NCBI GenBank assembly: GCA_043801595.1
Contig: JAZDLW010000021.1
Coordinates: 12,616 to 76,615 of the forward strand
Direction: 5' to 3'
Source of the DNA: Candidatus Aenigmatarchaeota archaeon
Lineage (GTDB): Archaea; Aenigmatarchaeota; Aenigmatarchaeia; JACPZZ01
Length of the DNA: 64,000 nt
This document shows, piece by piece, positions 52,213 through 62,884 of the stretch. Below the pieces are notes generated by a model that made no database searches, was not told where the DNA came from, and worked only from the letters and a program-made list of their open reading frames with translations. Each line of letters starts with the position of its first letter. Position 1 is the first letter of the stretch. The translations under genes and the position numbers were made by a program.

Positions 52213-52542
52213 ATGGAATTTTGCCAAAAGTGTTCCAGCATGATGCTGCCGCAAAAGAAAGGCACAAAAGTACTTCTCGTTTGCAGAAGTTGCGGGACAA
52301 AAAAACAATACCAGAAACGTTCGTTCAAAATTTCCGAACACATAACACATGAAGAACCGGATGTTGTTGTTGTAGAAAAAGAATTGCTGAGTCTCCCAAA
52401 AACGCTGGCAACATGCCCGAAATGCAGTCACACCGAAGCGTTCTGGTGGCTGCAGCAGACGCGCAGCGGCGACGAGGCGCCCACTTTATTTTTCAGGTGC
52501 ACGAATCCGAAGTGCAAGCATTCGTGGAGACAGTACGGTTAG
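52213..52542 (+). CDS. tfs: Transcription factor S (TFS/RpoM)
   Basis: N-terminal Zn ribbon FCQKC...CRSC. C-terminal ribbon CPKC...WWLQQTRSGDEAPTLFFRCTNPKCKHSW. Confidence 0.9.
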   Translation: MEFCQKCSSMMLPQKKGTKVLLVCRSCGTKKQYQKRSFKISEHITHEEPDVVVVEKELLSLPKTLATCPKCSHTEAFWWLQQTRSGDEAPTLFFRCTNPKCKHSWRQYG

Positions 52543-52571
52543 AAATATTTTTGTTCTAAATATTTATCGCA

Positions 52572-53432
52572 TCAGAACTGATCGTCAAATTCTCCTTGCA
52601 CAATGCGCTGCAATGCGGAGTTGCCGTGCTTGTTCTGCAGCTCAACCGTTTTCGCAAAGCCTTCATAGTGGGCTAAATTAGAACCGATGAGCGAAAGCTT
52701 TGCAAAGTAGCGGCGCATGCCTGAATAACGCATTGCGCCGGTGAGACGTTGATGTTCTTCTTTAACCTTTTCGCGCCTGTAATACACATCGTCCGTTTCT
52801 TCGTACAGTATGTCCATCATCAGGCACGCAGACGCGTCTGCTGTGCCTTCGGACTTTCGTTTATCGGACTGGCTGCGTTTGACGACACTTTTCAACCTGC
52901 TCCCAAAACTTTTCGGGACAAGAAGACCGTGCGTGATTTCATGGGTTGCGACATAATCGAACTCGTACTTATTTTTGCAGACAGGAGTTGTGGGTATTTT
53001 TATGTCGCCTGTCAACATGTTTGAGTGCGCCACAAATCTGGAAACGGCAAACGCGTTAAGCACTGCGCCTGTCGCTCCCAGTGCGACAATGGCTGCTAAA
53101 AACGGGTCTGAAAGCAGCTTGGGTTCCATGTAGCCAATAGCAGAAGCCCACATAACAGGGAAAAGAGTGTCCTCCTTACCCAAGCTTTCAACAATTACCT
53201 CTTTTGGATTTGCAAACGAATAGACCTTAATCCTTTTAATAAACTGGTCATGTTCGTACTCAACACCGAGATTTGTTGCTATGCGAGGGCAAAGCTCTTC
53301 AACGCGCGCACGGCATTCTGCGGTATCAAGCCTATAGAACGGCGCGCCTATGCGCAGTCTGCCAAACTCCCTATCTCTTTTGCTTATCTCTTCTGCAAGA
53401 TCTATGTCAACCGTGCTCATGTAGCTGGACAT
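52572..53432 (-). CDS. Hypothetical protein with HExxH motif (putative zinc metallopeptidase)
   Basis: YVATHEITHGLL is the only recognisable motif. Confidence 0.35.
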   Translation of the reverse strand: MSSYMSTVDIDLAEEISKRDREFGRLRIGAPFYRLDTAECRARVEELCPRIATNLGVEYEHDQFIKRIKVYSFANPKEVIVESLGKEDTLFPVMWASAIGYMEPKLLSDPFLAAIVALGATGAVLNAFAVSRFVAHSNMLTGDIKIPTTPVCKNKYEFDYVATHEITHGLLVPKSFGSRLKSVVKRSQSDKRKSEGTADASACLMMDILYEETDDVYYRREKVKEEHQRLTGAMRYSGMRRYFAKLSLIGSNLAHYEGFAKTVELQNKHGNSALQRIVQGEFDDQF

Positions 53433-53533
53433 GCTCTTGGTTGAAGTGTTAACTATTTATGCTGATTTGCATTGCGCATAGGCCACGAAAACCTATGAGG
53501 CCCATTTTAATTGACTTAACAGGCGGCAGAGTT

Positions 53534-54481
53534 TTAATTAACTTTATTTGTTGCAGAACCTTTTAGGAAGTTTTCGATATTTCCGACGAAAATCTCCTGC
53601 TTCGCCATTCTCGCTTCTTTTGTTATGTAACCTATTGGAGGGTAGATTATGCAATTTGCGTATTTGGATATTTTCTTCAGATCATCTTCTGCCATCTCGT
53701 CGGAATGATCCAGAATAAACGTAATGTCGCCCTTAGCGAGCCTTTCCGATAATGCATCTATGTCCACCAGTTCCATCGGCGCTGTATTTATCACAATCGC
53801 TCCTTTCTTGATTTTGTTGATCTTTTCGATATTCAGGAAGCCCTCGGTGTCATTTGTTTGCGCCAGATGCAGTGATAAAAAATCTGCATTACTTACCAAA
53901 GAACTTACATCCGTATATTTCACGCCCATATTCTCAATTTTTTCTTTTCTGTTTCTCGACCAGTATCTGACATCTGCGCCGAACCCCAAAGCTATTTCCG
54001 CAACCCTGCTTCCTATGCTGCCTAGTCCAACAATACCAAAAATTTTATTTTTAATTTCTGTGGCGGAAATTCCGGCTTCGGAATAATTTTTATTTCTGCC
54101 ACGTTGTTTCCCCTCTTCCAACTGCCTGATATGTTCTAAAATAACAGACAAAACGAACTCTGCAACAGATTCGGTGCTATACCCTGCAATGTTGCAAACC
54201 GCGATATTTTTGCTTTTCGCATAAGTTGTATCAACTTTACCGTATGCTGTCGCCAATACGCCTATGTACTTCAAATTAAGAGCTTTGTCTATAGTTTTCC
54301 TATCAACCGATACACCGAAATTAACAAGCAAGCAATCCGCATCCGTTATTTCGGTGTTAATTTCAGGGCTGTCCTTTGGAAGAGTGACTAATTTTTTTGT
54401 TAACGAACCGATCGTTTCCCAATACTCCTTATCCAATTTTGATTCGTTAATTCCTACGATTAATATTTTATTATATTTCAT
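53534..54481 (-). CDS. D-isomer-specific 2-hydroxyacid dehydrogenase family protein
   Basis: NAD-binding GIVGLGSIGSRVA. The order of catalytic and cofactor domains is typical of the family. Confidence 0.8.
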   Translation of the reverse strand: MKYNKILIVGINESKLDKEYWETIGSLTKKLVTLPKDSPEINTEITDADCLLVNFGVSVDRKTIDKALNLKYIGVLATAYGKVDTTYAKSKNIAVCNIAGYSTESVAEFVLSVILEHIRQLEEGKQRGRNKNYSEAGISATEIKNKIFGIVGLGSIGSRVAEIALGFGADVRYWSRNRKEKIENMGVKYTDVSSLVSNADFLSLHLAQTNDTEGFLNIEKINKIKKGAIVINTAPMELVDIDALSERLAKGDITFILDHSDEMAEDDLKKISKYANCIIYPPIGYITKEARMAKQEIFVGNIENFLKGSATNKVN

Positions 54482-54485
54482 TTTC

Positions 54486-56096
54486 CTAACTGCACTCCAG
54501 CGTTATTCTCAATTTATTATCAACGGTTTGCGTTGAAATTATCGAGCAGTCGCTTGGAATCGACAGCGAACTGTTGTTCGTACTCGCCGCCTCTGGCACG
54601 TCAGCCCACTTGAAAAGCTTAACCTGTTCCGTTTTCGCATCAACGACGGCCGCTCCGCGCAAAACCATTGATTCCGCCTCGCCGGAATAAACGGGAACGA
54701 CGTAGAAATAACCGTCCTTTATTTTTTTGAATAACGGCTGCAGCGGATACCAGTTCTTGTAAATGCTGACCTCGCCGCGGACGTCATCCAAAGCGCGGCC
54801 GGGCCCGATCAATTCGAGCTTTCTTGAGTCGTAGATCGTGACATTCCCAAAATTCCTGCCCGACGATTCTATTTCTATGAAATGCGTTATAGATTTGCGC
54901 TCGTAGCCTTCGGGTTCCAGTTGTATCAGCGCATAGTTCCTGTTATTCGATTTTTCATACTGGAAATAAAGGTCCTGCGCCATTTCAAAAACGTTTTCGT
55001 GCTGGAAATAGAAATTAATGAAATCCTTCCAGTAATAATATTTTGCCCATTTCAAGGCCCGTTCATCGGAATAACCCTCGTCGATGAGAATTTGCTTTTC
55101 AAGCCACGAAGGCGTATTTCCGGCGCGTATTTGTTCGGTTGAATAATAATTCATATCGCCCGCGTTATCCAGCGTAACAATGCCGGACTGATCCGTATAG
55201 AAGTCTACGAGGAATATTGTCGGCAGGCTCATCTTTGCCGGAAGTATCCAGACCGGTCCGTTCTGGTCGTGCGTGAGAATAGGATCCCCGAAATCGAAAA
55301 ACGGATATTTCAACCACAACACAATGCCGAGATCGCGTATTTTTCCCCTGAAAATCTGGTATAAGATGTCCGGGAGCGATGAACGGCCCTCTGAATACTC
55401 GATATTTTCGTATATCTTTTTCCTGTCCGACGGGTCGTGGCCGTTTATCAGAACATAAGCAGGCGAGGGGTTGCCGCTGTTTATCAGTGTTGCAGGCTCG
55501 TAACTTGCGACCCAGTACTGCGTATTGTTGATCGGGTATATGCCGTCCCAGTTCGGAGATAATTTCCAGCCCGTTTCGGTGATCATGGTCTTCGGAATCT
55601 GCAATGCATACTCCCGCGAAACCAGCCGCATCTCCTTTATGTCATTCCATTCTATATCCGAAACTGTTGTTGTCGGACTTTTTGTGAGTTCGACTATCGC
55701 TGTGTCTTTCATTTTGTACCAGCCGACTTCAAACGGCGGGGCAAACACAAGAGTCGCGGCGTATGCGACAACCAGAATAACAACCGGCAAAGCCAGCCAG
55801 AATAAATGGTGCGTCATTTTTGGCGCTTTGCGGTCGTCGAATACGAAAATATGCTCGATCTCCGCCCTTGTGAACTTTGAAAGCCCGAACAAAAACATGC
55901 GAACGAGCACTGCGATTATAATCGAACCGATTGGCGATAACGAAACCAAGAAGATTCCGAAGATCCAGGAAATCAAAAGGTTGTATACGAGACTTCTCTT
56001 GAACGCGCCGAATATCGCTATTACTCCCACAGAAGCTGCCCACACTGTAAAGAAACCGATAAATCCGAGTGCAATGAAAGCATCGGCCCAAATCAT
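54486..56096 (-). CDS. Membrane protein with large extracytoplasmic domain, unknown function
   Basis: Four N-terminal TM helices followed by a roughly 400-aa Trp/Tyr-rich soluble domain. Confidence 0.45.
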   Translation of the reverse strand: MIWADAFIALGFIGFFTVWAASVGVIAIFGAFKRSLVYNLLISWIFGIFLVSLSPIGSIIIAVLVRMFLFGLSKFTRAEIEHIFVFDDRKAPKMTHHLFWLALPVVILVVAYAATLVFAPPFEVGWYKMKDTAIVELTKSPTTTVSDIEWNDIKEMRLVSREYALQIPKTMITETGWKLSPNWDGIYPINNTQYWVASYEPATLINSGNPSPAYVLINGHDPSDRKKIYENIEYSEGRSSLPDILYQIFRGKIRDLGIVLWLKYPFFDFGDPILTHDQNGPVWILPAKMSLPTIFLVDFYTDQSGIVTLDNAGDMNYYSTEQIRAGNTPSWLEKQILIDEGYSDERALKWAKYYYWKDFINFYFQHENVFEMAQDLYFQYEKSNNRNYALIQLEPEGYERKSITHFIEIESSGRNFGNVTIYDSRKLELIGPGRALDDVRGEVSIYKNWYPLQPLFKKIKDGYFYVVPVYSGEAESMVLRGAAVVDAKTEQVKLFKWADVPEAASTNNSSLSIPSDCSIISTQTVDNKLRITLECS

Positions 56097-56132
56097 AAGA
56101 TTGTAATGCGAAAGCAGACTTAAATTTACGTG

Positions 56133-56888
56133 TTAGATCCTGCCCTTGTAATGATCGCGTATGATTACTTTGGAAACGGTAAGCATGTCGGGCTCGTTGC
56201 CTTTCAGCAGGCGGCCTCTTCTTATTGCAATAGATTCGATTATTGCCCGCGGATTGTTTGACGAAACGGTTATATCGTACGCTTTCGCTATGACCGACGG
56301 ATCTTTTCGCAATATCTCTTCAATTATCGCCTCTGCCGCATACTCGGGATCTTTTAACTGGTCGGCTTCTATCGCGCCTTTCTTTGCCATTGAAACTTCG
56401 TCGCGCTCGTAACTTGGCACAATGCCCGGTGAATCGAGCAAAAGTATGTCTTCGTCTATTCTCAACCACTGAACCCCTTTCGTGTGGCCCGGAATCGGAG
56501 CCACGGACGCGGACCTCCTGCCTTTCAACATGTTTATTATTGTCGATTTGCCGACATTCGGATAGCCTACTATTGCGACTTTGGCCGGTGTTGTTCTCAG
56601 CTTTTCGTGAATGAACGTTGTCAAAATCCTGCGACTTTCCCTGTTCTTCGAGGATATCATGCACGCGTCCGTCACTGTTGGAACGTCTCCGTGCACGAGA
56701 TCCATTTTGTTTACAACAATACCGAGCACCTTTCCAGTGCTTTTTACCAGCCTCTCCAACTCGGTGTTCCTCGTACCTTTCGGGTCGCGGGCATCGAGAA
56801 CTTCTATCACTAGGTCGGAGTCTTTTACGATCCTGCGTATCTTCTCCCTTACGCCGATTGTTCTTGCCAAAAATCTGTTTTTCGCCAA
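56133..56888 (-). CDS. Circularly permuted ribosome-biogenesis GTPase (YlqF/RbgA-like)
   Basis: G4 (VVNKMDL) precedes G1 (GYPNVGKSTIIN) and G3 (DSPG). Confidence 0.8.
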   Translation of the reverse strand: MAKNRFLARTIGVREKIRRIVKDSDLVIEVLDARDPKGTRNTELERLVKSTGKVLGIVVNKMDLVHGDVPTVTDACMISSKNRESRRILTTFIHEKLRTTPAKVAIVGYPNVGKSTIINMLKGRRSASVAPIPGHTKGVQWLRIDEDILLLDSPGIVPSYERDEVSMAKKGAIEADQLKDPEYAAEAIIEEILRKDPSVIAKAYDITVSSNNPRAIIESIAIRRGRLLKGNEPDMLTVSKVIIRDHYKGRI

Positions 56889-56987
56889 ATTAATCGCCTA
56901 AATACCTATCGACTAACAGTAATATTAGCGGATAAAGTCGCCACAAAAAAGGAAAAAACTGGTCCATAGCGCTGCTCGTTATCAGCG

Positions 56988-57965
56988 CTAAAAAGAACCT
57001 GTGCTCAATCGCAGGCCTTCGCTGTTAATTTTTCTGTTCGTTTCGATAAAATTGCGAAAATCGCTGTCTGTTTCGCTTAAAATGAATAATTTGCCGCCTT
57101 CAACATAATCTGGATCCACAAAGCGGAATTTCTTCTTCAAAACGTATTGCGGTTTCTTTTGGTTTTCCAGTATGATCAGGTTTTTTGACGAAAGCATGCC
57201 GAGACATCTGGCTATCTCCACATTATTCGATTTTTTTATTTTTTTCATTACAAAACCGTCGTCCTTCGAAAAATCTGTCATTTTAACTACGTTTTTTTCA
57301 ATCGCGATTTTCAGGGCCGACGACAACAATGTGTATCTAAGCGCTGCCTGCGCGCCTCCCCAGTGCTCCCTCTGGCATTTCATAAACGCGTCTGCGAATT
57401 TTCTTGCAGCGATCTTTGATGAAAACACAATACGGTTGTCGCGAACAACGAACGAATCCACGCATTCGCCGACAATCCCGGGTGCAGCCCAGTCATGAAA
57501 TTCACGCAACGCGTAATCTATGCGGTCCGCACACAACTTCGGCGTAGGCTGCTCGACAAGCGCGAAGTTTTTGTAATCGGATATTTTCTTCCAGTCAAAT
57601 CCGTGCTTTTCAAGAATTGATGGCAGCGTAGACTTCAAAAAAATTTGATTGTGAATCTTGTCCTGATGATCCTCGCGTTCTCCGCTTCCCAGAACCCAAT
57701 CCACCACATGAGAGAAAGCTGTGTGCGAGACGTCGTGAAGCAATCCCGCAACCTCCTCTTCGACGCTCGCGCCGAGTCTGCGAACGAGAAGCATCACGCC
57801 GACAGAGTGTTCGTAACGGCTGTAATTCTTGAACATATAATATTCGTCCGGCACGCCGTACTGCGCGATATTTTTCAGCCTCTGCACTGGTCCGGATTCC
57901 AAGAGTTCTAAAAGAATTTCCTCTTTAATTTCGAATGAACCGTATATCCTGTCGTTAATAATCAT
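56988..57965 (-). CDS. HD-domain phosphohydrolase (SAMHD1/dNTPase-like)
   Basis: RYEHSVGV and LLHDVSHTAFSH. Confidence 0.7.
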   Translation of the reverse strand: MIINDRIYGSFEIKEEILLELLESGPVQRLKNIAQYGVPDEYYMFKNYSRYEHSVGVMLLVRRLGASVEEEVAGLLHDVSHTAFSHVVDWVLGSGEREDHQDKIHNQIFLKSTLPSILEKHGFDWKKISDYKNFALVEQPTPKLCADRIDYALREFHDWAAPGIVGECVDSFVVRDNRIVFSSKIAARKFADAFMKCQREHWGGAQAALRYTLLSSALKIAIEKNVVKMTDFSKDDGFVMKKIKKSNNVEIARCLGMLSSKNLIILENQKKPQYVLKKKFRFVDPDYVEGGKLFILSETDSDFRNFIETNRKINSEGLRLSTGSF

Positions 57966-58004
57966 CGGATCAAAAGGATTTTGACAAAATAACTATATAA
58001 CAGG

Positions 58005-58742
58005 TTACCCAAGCATCAAAAGCGCGTACATCACTGCTATTCCAGCGACAAAAGACAACAGCTGCTTGATCGAATTTGCCGTGCCTTTCTCCTTATGCAA
58101 CTCAGGTATAAGATCGGAGCCCGCTATGTAAACGAAATTACCTATTGTGAACGGCGCCATGATCGTTATGAAGTTCCCAACATAACCACTGGCAACGAAC
58201 GCGACAATAAAACCTGCTATCGACGTCGAAGCGGAAAACAAATTAAGCACGATGGCTTTCGACCTGTGGAGCCCGCCCCTGAGCAAAACACCGAAATCGC
58301 CTATTTCCTGCGGTATTTCATGAAACACTACTGCCAACGTCGTCGTTATACCAAGCGGTATATTCGCAATATAACTGCTGCCTATTACCAGCCCGTCGAT
58401 GAAATTGTGCACGCCGTCACCGATCAGGTTCATAAAAACAAACGGCTTCAGATGCGGAGAAGGTGCTGTAAAACCATGCGAGTGGTGCCAGTGAATTATT
58501 TTTTCGACTATGAACATTGTCACGATTCCCGCAAGAATGTACAACGGCGTATTTGCCGTGAATCCCATATCAATCGTTTCCGGCAAAAGGTGGATGAACG
58601 AATCGCCCATCAATGCACCGGCTGAAAAGCTAACGAGGTAAAGCAGGTTTTTCGACTTGGCCGGGATTGCCAGAATGCCAACCAGGGATATCAAACTTAC
58701 GGCTATCACGCTTGCAAGGCCGTATACAAAAACAACAGACAT
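58005..58742 (-). CDS. ZIP family metal transporter
   Basis: GDGVHNFIDG and HEIPQEIGDF. Confidence 0.8.
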   Translation of the reverse strand: MSVVFVYGLASVIAVSLISLVGILAIPAKSKNLLYLVSFSAGALMGDSFIHLLPETIDMGFTANTPLYILAGIVTMFIVEKIIHWHHSHGFTAPSPHLKPFVFMNLIGDGVHNFIDGLVIGSSYIANIPLGITTTLAVVFHEIPQEIGDFGVLLRGGLHRSKAIVLNLFSASTSIAGFIVAFVASGYVGNFITIMAPFTIGNFVYIAGSDLIPELHKEKGTANSIKQLLSFVAGIAVMYALLMLG

Positions 58743-58785
58743 TACGTTGATTGTTGTTTAATAGTATTTAAAAATAACCCATATT

Positions 58786-60483
58786 ATGGCGCAAAACGCC
58801 GAAGTTGCAAAAATACTGTACGAAATAGCGGACATTCTCGAAATGCAGAGCGTTGAGTTTAAGCCGCGCGCATACAGGAGGGCGGCGCAATCAATAGAGA
58901 TGCTCCAAAGGAACATAGAAGAGATCTGCGCCGAAGGTAAACTGCGCGAAATACCGGGCGTCGGAGAAGCGATCGAGGAGAAAATAACCGAATACATCAA
59001 AACCGGAAAGCTCGACTACTATGAAAAGTTAAAGAAGTCCGTACCAGTCGACCTTGAATCGCTGATGTCTGTTGAAGGTTTAGGTCCAAAGCGTATAGGA
59101 ATGCTCTACAAAAAACTGAAGATAAAAAATCTTGACGAACTTGAAAAAGCCGCAAAAGCTCATCGCATTGCGAAGCTGGAGGGGATGGGGGAAAAAAGCG
59201 AGAAGAAAATACTGGGAGGGATAGAGTTCACGCGCAAAGCAACAGGAAGGATGCTTCTTGGAACCGCATTGCCGATCGCTGAGGAGATCGTTAAGCAGCT
59301 GGCTGCGCTTCCGTATGTAAAACAATGCGCATATGCGGGGTCGCTGCGAAGAATGAAAGAAACGATCGGCGATATAGACATACTCGTCACGTCGAACGAA
59401 GCGGACAGTGTTGTTGATTTTTTTACGAAAATGGGCGACGTCATGGCGAAAGGTCCGACCAAGGCTTCGGTTAGGCTTCGCGGCGGCGTGCAGGTCGATA
59501 TCCGAGTGCTAAAAGACAAATCATTTGGCGCAGCGCTGCAATACTTCACAGGATCCAAAGATCACAATGTCGCATTAAGGAAAGTCGCAATCGCAAAAGG
59601 ATTGAAGTTGAGCGAATACGGGCTCTCGAGGAACGAAAAGATCATTGCGGGAAAAACGGAAAATGAAATTTACGAACGCCTCGGATTGAAATACATCGAG
59701 CCGGAGATGCGGGAGAATACTGGAGAGATCGAAGCTGCGAAATCCGATAAACTTCCGAAGCTGATCGGTTATGATTCCGTAAAGGGCGACATACAGCTCC
59801 ACACAGAATGGAGCGACGGCTCGAACTCGCTCGAAGAAATGGCTATGGCTGCGAAGAACGCAGGCTACGAATACATAGCCATAACAGACCACGGCGGACA
59901 GTTGAAAATAGCCGGTAGCCTAGACGAAAAACGATTCCGAAAACAGTGGAAGGAGATAGATGCGCTGAATGAAAAATTAAGCGGAATAAAAATATTGAAA
60001 GGTGCCGAGATAAACATCGGTATGGACGGAAAGGTTGATGTTGAAAACAAGCTTCTAAAAGAATTCGATGTTGTGATCGCCTCGCTGCATTCGGGTTTCA
60101 GCCAGCCAAAAGAAAAAATAACAGAGCGAATAATAACAACTATGGAAAACGAAAACGTCGATATTGTCGGCCACCTTACCGGACGTATGATAGAGGAAAG
60201 AAAAGGCGCAGAGATGGATTTTGGCAAAATCTTCGATGCTGCGAATAGAACGAATACGCTGATCGAGATAAACGCGCAACCAAAGCGATTGGATTTAAAC
60301 GACACGAATGCGCGCGATGCCATAAAGTGCGGATGCAGGCTTGTGATAAATACTGATGCGCACAGCGTTGACCAGTTAAACTGTATGAAGTTCGGCATTG
60401 CAGTGGCGCGCAGGGCGTGGGCGGAAAACAAGGATATCGTTAATACGCTTTCGTTAAAAGACTTTTTGAATGCGAAGAAATAA
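58786..60483 (+). CDS. Family X DNA polymerase with C-terminal PHP domain
   Basis: N-terminal HhH/8-kDa region (KPRAYRRAA, IPGVGEAI), palm motif GSLRRMKETIGDIDILV, and PHP motifs HTEWSDG and NTDAH. Confidence 0.9.
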   Translation: MAQNAEVAKILYEIADILEMQSVEFKPRAYRRAAQSIEMLQRNIEEICAEGKLREIPGVGEAIEEKITEYIKTGKLDYYEKLKKSVPVDLESLMSVEGLGPKRIGMLYKKLKIKNLDELEKAAKAHRIAKLEGMGEKSEKKILGGIEFTRKATGRMLLGTALPIAEEIVKQLAALPYVKQCAYAGSLRRMKETIGDIDILVTSNEADSVVDFFTKMGDVMAKGPTKASVRLRGGVQVDIRVLKDKSFGAALQYFTGSKDHNVALRKVAIAKGLKLSEYGLSRNEKIIAGKTENEIYERLGLKYIEPEMRENTGEIEAAKSDKLPKLIGYDSVKGDIQLHTEWSDGSNSLEEMAMAAKNAGYEYIAITDHGGQLKIAGSLDEKRFRKQWKEIDALNEKLSGIKILKGAEINIGMDGKVDVENKLLKEFDVVIASLHSGFSQPKEKITERIITTMENENVDIVGHLTGRMIEERKGAEMDFGKIFDAANRTNTLIEINAQPKRLDLNDTNARDAIKCGCRLVINTDAHSVDQLNCMKFGIAVARRAWAENKDIVNTLSLKDFLNAKK

Positions 60484-60500
60484 TTAGCCTGCTGGGAAAT

Positions 60501-61310
60501 TTAAGCCTTTCCCAATCTCTTTAATTCCGCGTCGATTATTTCCTGGAAAGACGAATATGGGTAAGCCCCGCCCAAGGCGTAATAACCGTCCTTTTCAGTT
60601 CCGATGAAGAATGTCGGCGTTCCTGTTACTCCTGCTGCTGTTCCTTCGGAAACGTCCTTGTCAATGCTGCTCTGATATTTGTCCGAGTCTATGCACGAAT
60701 CGAATTTCGATGCGTCCAAACCTATTTCCGAAGCCCATTTCTTCATATCGGTAACATTGAACTGTATTGTTCCCTGACCAAGCTTCGCCTGCTCGTCAGA
60801 GATCTTGTTGTGCATTTCCCAGAACTTGCCCTGTTCGTTGGCGCATTCAGCAGCCTCGGCCGCTTTCATTGACGCGGGATGGAACGATAACGGAAAGTTT
60901 CGGTAGTAAAACTTGACCTTTCCCGTGTCGATGTAGTTTGTCTTTACCGACGGAAGCGACTGCAAATAAGCGACCCTGCAGTATGGGCACTGAAAATCGG
61001 AGAATTCGATTATCGTTACCGGCGCGCTGCTGCTGCCAAGGACCGGGTTTGTTCCGACTGATACGGCGACCCTTTGCGGGACCGTGGTTATTGTGCTTGT
61101 TGTGGTGGTATCGCCTCTTGTGCCGAAAAAAGCTCCGGTTATGGAAAGCTGGCTTTCTGCAAAGATACCGAGCGCAAAGACTGCCAGTATAACTACGGAG
61201 TATATCACAGCCGATTTCTTGATTACAAAAGCATCTTCGTTGCCCATTAACGTCACTTCTAGTCCTCTTATATCTAGCCTGGTATATTTAAATCTTTTGA
61301 AAGGCTCCAA
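60501..61310 (-). CDS. DsbA/thioredoxin-fold thiol:disulfide oxidoreductase, membrane-anchored
   Basis: TM helix followed by EFSDFQCPYCR (CxxC). The start may instead be the ATG at 61247. Confidence 0.75.
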   Translation of the reverse strand: MEPFKRFKYTRLDIRGLEVTLMGNEDAFVIKKSAVIYSVVILAVFALGIFAESQLSITGAFFGTRGDTTTTSTITTVPQRVAVSVGTNPVLGSSSAPVTIIEFSDFQCPYCRVAYLQSLPSVKTNYIDTGKVKFYYRNFPLSFHPASMKAAEAAECANEQGKFWEMHNKISDEQAKLGQGTIQFNVTDMKKWASEIGLDASKFDSCIDSDKYQSSIDKDVSEGTAAGVTGTPTFFIGTEKDGYYALGGAYPYSSFQEIIDAELKRLGKA

Positions 61311-61342
61311 AGTTATTTTAAATCGGGGCTTGAATAGCTATT

Positions 61343-62059
61343 GTGAAAATCAAGAAAAACGTTGCAGAACACATGGAAAAGGAGACTGGCAAAGGCTGGG
61401 GTTCCCTTCTCAGGCAGATAATCCTGGGCGGACAGGATGGGCTTGTAAACGTTTTGGGTTTGATACTGGGTGTTGCCGCAGCAACGAACGACTCGAGAAT
61501 CGTTATCATAGCAGGCCTGGCAGCTACTATGGCAGAATCCGTTTCGATGGCCGCGGTTGCTTATACTTCATCGAAAGCTGAGAAAGAATTTTATCAAAAA
61601 CAGCTTGAGCGCGAGAAGTGGGAAATAAAGCATTTGCCCGAGATTGAAAGGGAAGAGATAAAAATAATTTATTATAAGAAAGGATTCCGCGGCAAACAGC
61701 TGTCGGGCATAGTAAAACGCATAACGTCGGATGAAAAGTTGTGGCTGGACATAATGATGAACGAGGAATTGCGATTGGCCGAGTCTAAAACAAAGAAACC
61801 TGTCACGGAAGGCGCTATTGTAGGTTTTTCGGCGATAATCGGATCAGTCATCCCGCTGGCCCCGTTTTTCTTCATGCCGGTTTCCAATGCGATTTTATCA
61901 GGATTGGTTCTTTCAACCACCGTACTCTTTTTAGCAGGCGCAGTGAAGTCAAGGCTGACAGTAGGACACTGGATAAAAAGCGGAATAGAGATGGCGGTTA
62001 TCGGAACACTGTCGGCGCTGTTGGGTTATTTGATAGGTATTTTGCTCGGGCACGCCTAG
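61343..62059 (+). CDS. VIT1/CCC1 family iron/manganese transporter
   Basis: GGQDGLVNVLGLILGVAAA, MAESVSMA and C-terminal TM helices. GTG start; an ATG follows at 61373. Confidence 0.7.
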   Translation: MKIKKNVAEHMEKETGKGWGSLLRQIILGGQDGLVNVLGLILGVAAATNDSRIVIIAGLAATMAESVSMAAVAYTSSKAEKEFYQKQLEREKWEIKHLPEIEREEIKIIYYKKGFRGKQLSGIVKRITSDEKLWLDIMMNEELRLAESKTKKPVTEGAIVGFSAIIGSVIPLAPFFFMPVSNAILSGLVLSTTVLFLAGAVKSRLTVGHWIKSGIEMAVIGTLSALLGYLIGILLGHA

Positions 62060-62162
62060 TAAAGGCCTTCGATCAACTTAGAAACGTCCTTATCGTCAAT
62101 CCCGATACCGCTACTTCTATGTAACATGCAAGCCGGCCAAGAATAGACAATTACAAAAAGAT

Positions 62163-62852
62163 TTAAAACAATTCCCTGATCTTCGGCAGGTAAATTCCGC
62201 CCGCTTTTTCATATCTGCCATTCAATATTTCCATTGAAATGCCATGCTCTGATGTAATTTTTCTGGCTTCTTCTTTTGACTTGCCCCCTCCTGTCCCAAG
62301 ACCTTCTGTCGGAACGGATAACATGACAAGAAGGTCTGCGCCTATCGCACAGGTAAGTTTGGCTGCGAGTATGTCGTTGTCGCCGAATGTTATCTCTTCT
62401 ATCGACACGAAATCGTTTTCGTTGTATATCGCCATCACGCCATTGTTGAAATAGCCTGTCTGGTTCCTTATCAGGTTCGACGCCCTTTTTTCATTGTTCA
62501 AATCGTCGCGCGTTATTAGGCACTGTGCTGCAGTTTTCCCGTGTCTGTTAAGCCTATCCCTGTATTCGATGAATAAGTTTGGTTGTCCTATACCAGCCAG
62601 CTGGGCTTTTTTGTAAGGATCCTTCGGTATATCCGACAAACCACGCATCACTGCTGCTGTGGTTATCGCTCCTGATGATACAATTGCAAGTTGTCTATCC
62701 TTGCTAATTTCGTACGTTTCTTCAACCAAGGCGTCCAATTGATCGCCTCTAAACCTGTAACCGGCGCCATCAACTTTGTCGTAAATAAAACCTGTACCGA
62801 TCTTCACAACCAACCTTTTTACGTCTAGGTACTTTCCACTTGCTTCGGACAT
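62163..62852 (-). CDS. Amino acid kinase family protein (glutamate 5-kinase-like)
   Basis: LVVKIGTG and LAIVSSGAITTA. ATG at 62852 avoids overlap with trxB. Confidence 0.6.
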   Translation of the reverse strand: MSEASGKYLDVKRLVVKIGTGFIYDKVDGAGYRFRGDQLDALVEETYEISKDRQLAIVSSGAITTAAVMRGLSDIPKDPYKKAQLAGIGQPNLFIEYRDRLNRHGKTAAQCLITRDDLNNEKRASNLIRNQTGYFNNGVMAIYNENDFVSIEEITFGDNDILAAKLTCAIGADLLVMLSVPTEGLGTGGGKSKEEARKITSEHGISMEILNGRYEKAGGIYLPKIRELF

Positions 62853-62884
62853 AACACAACTAGAAAACAACAAGGGATTTAAAC

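Noticed and set aside
62060-62162. Short minus-strand ORF (MLHRSSGIGIDDKDVSKLIEGLY) in the spacer after the VIT1 gene.
   Set aside because: It is only 23 aa, with no start context or motif, and is probably non-coding spacer.
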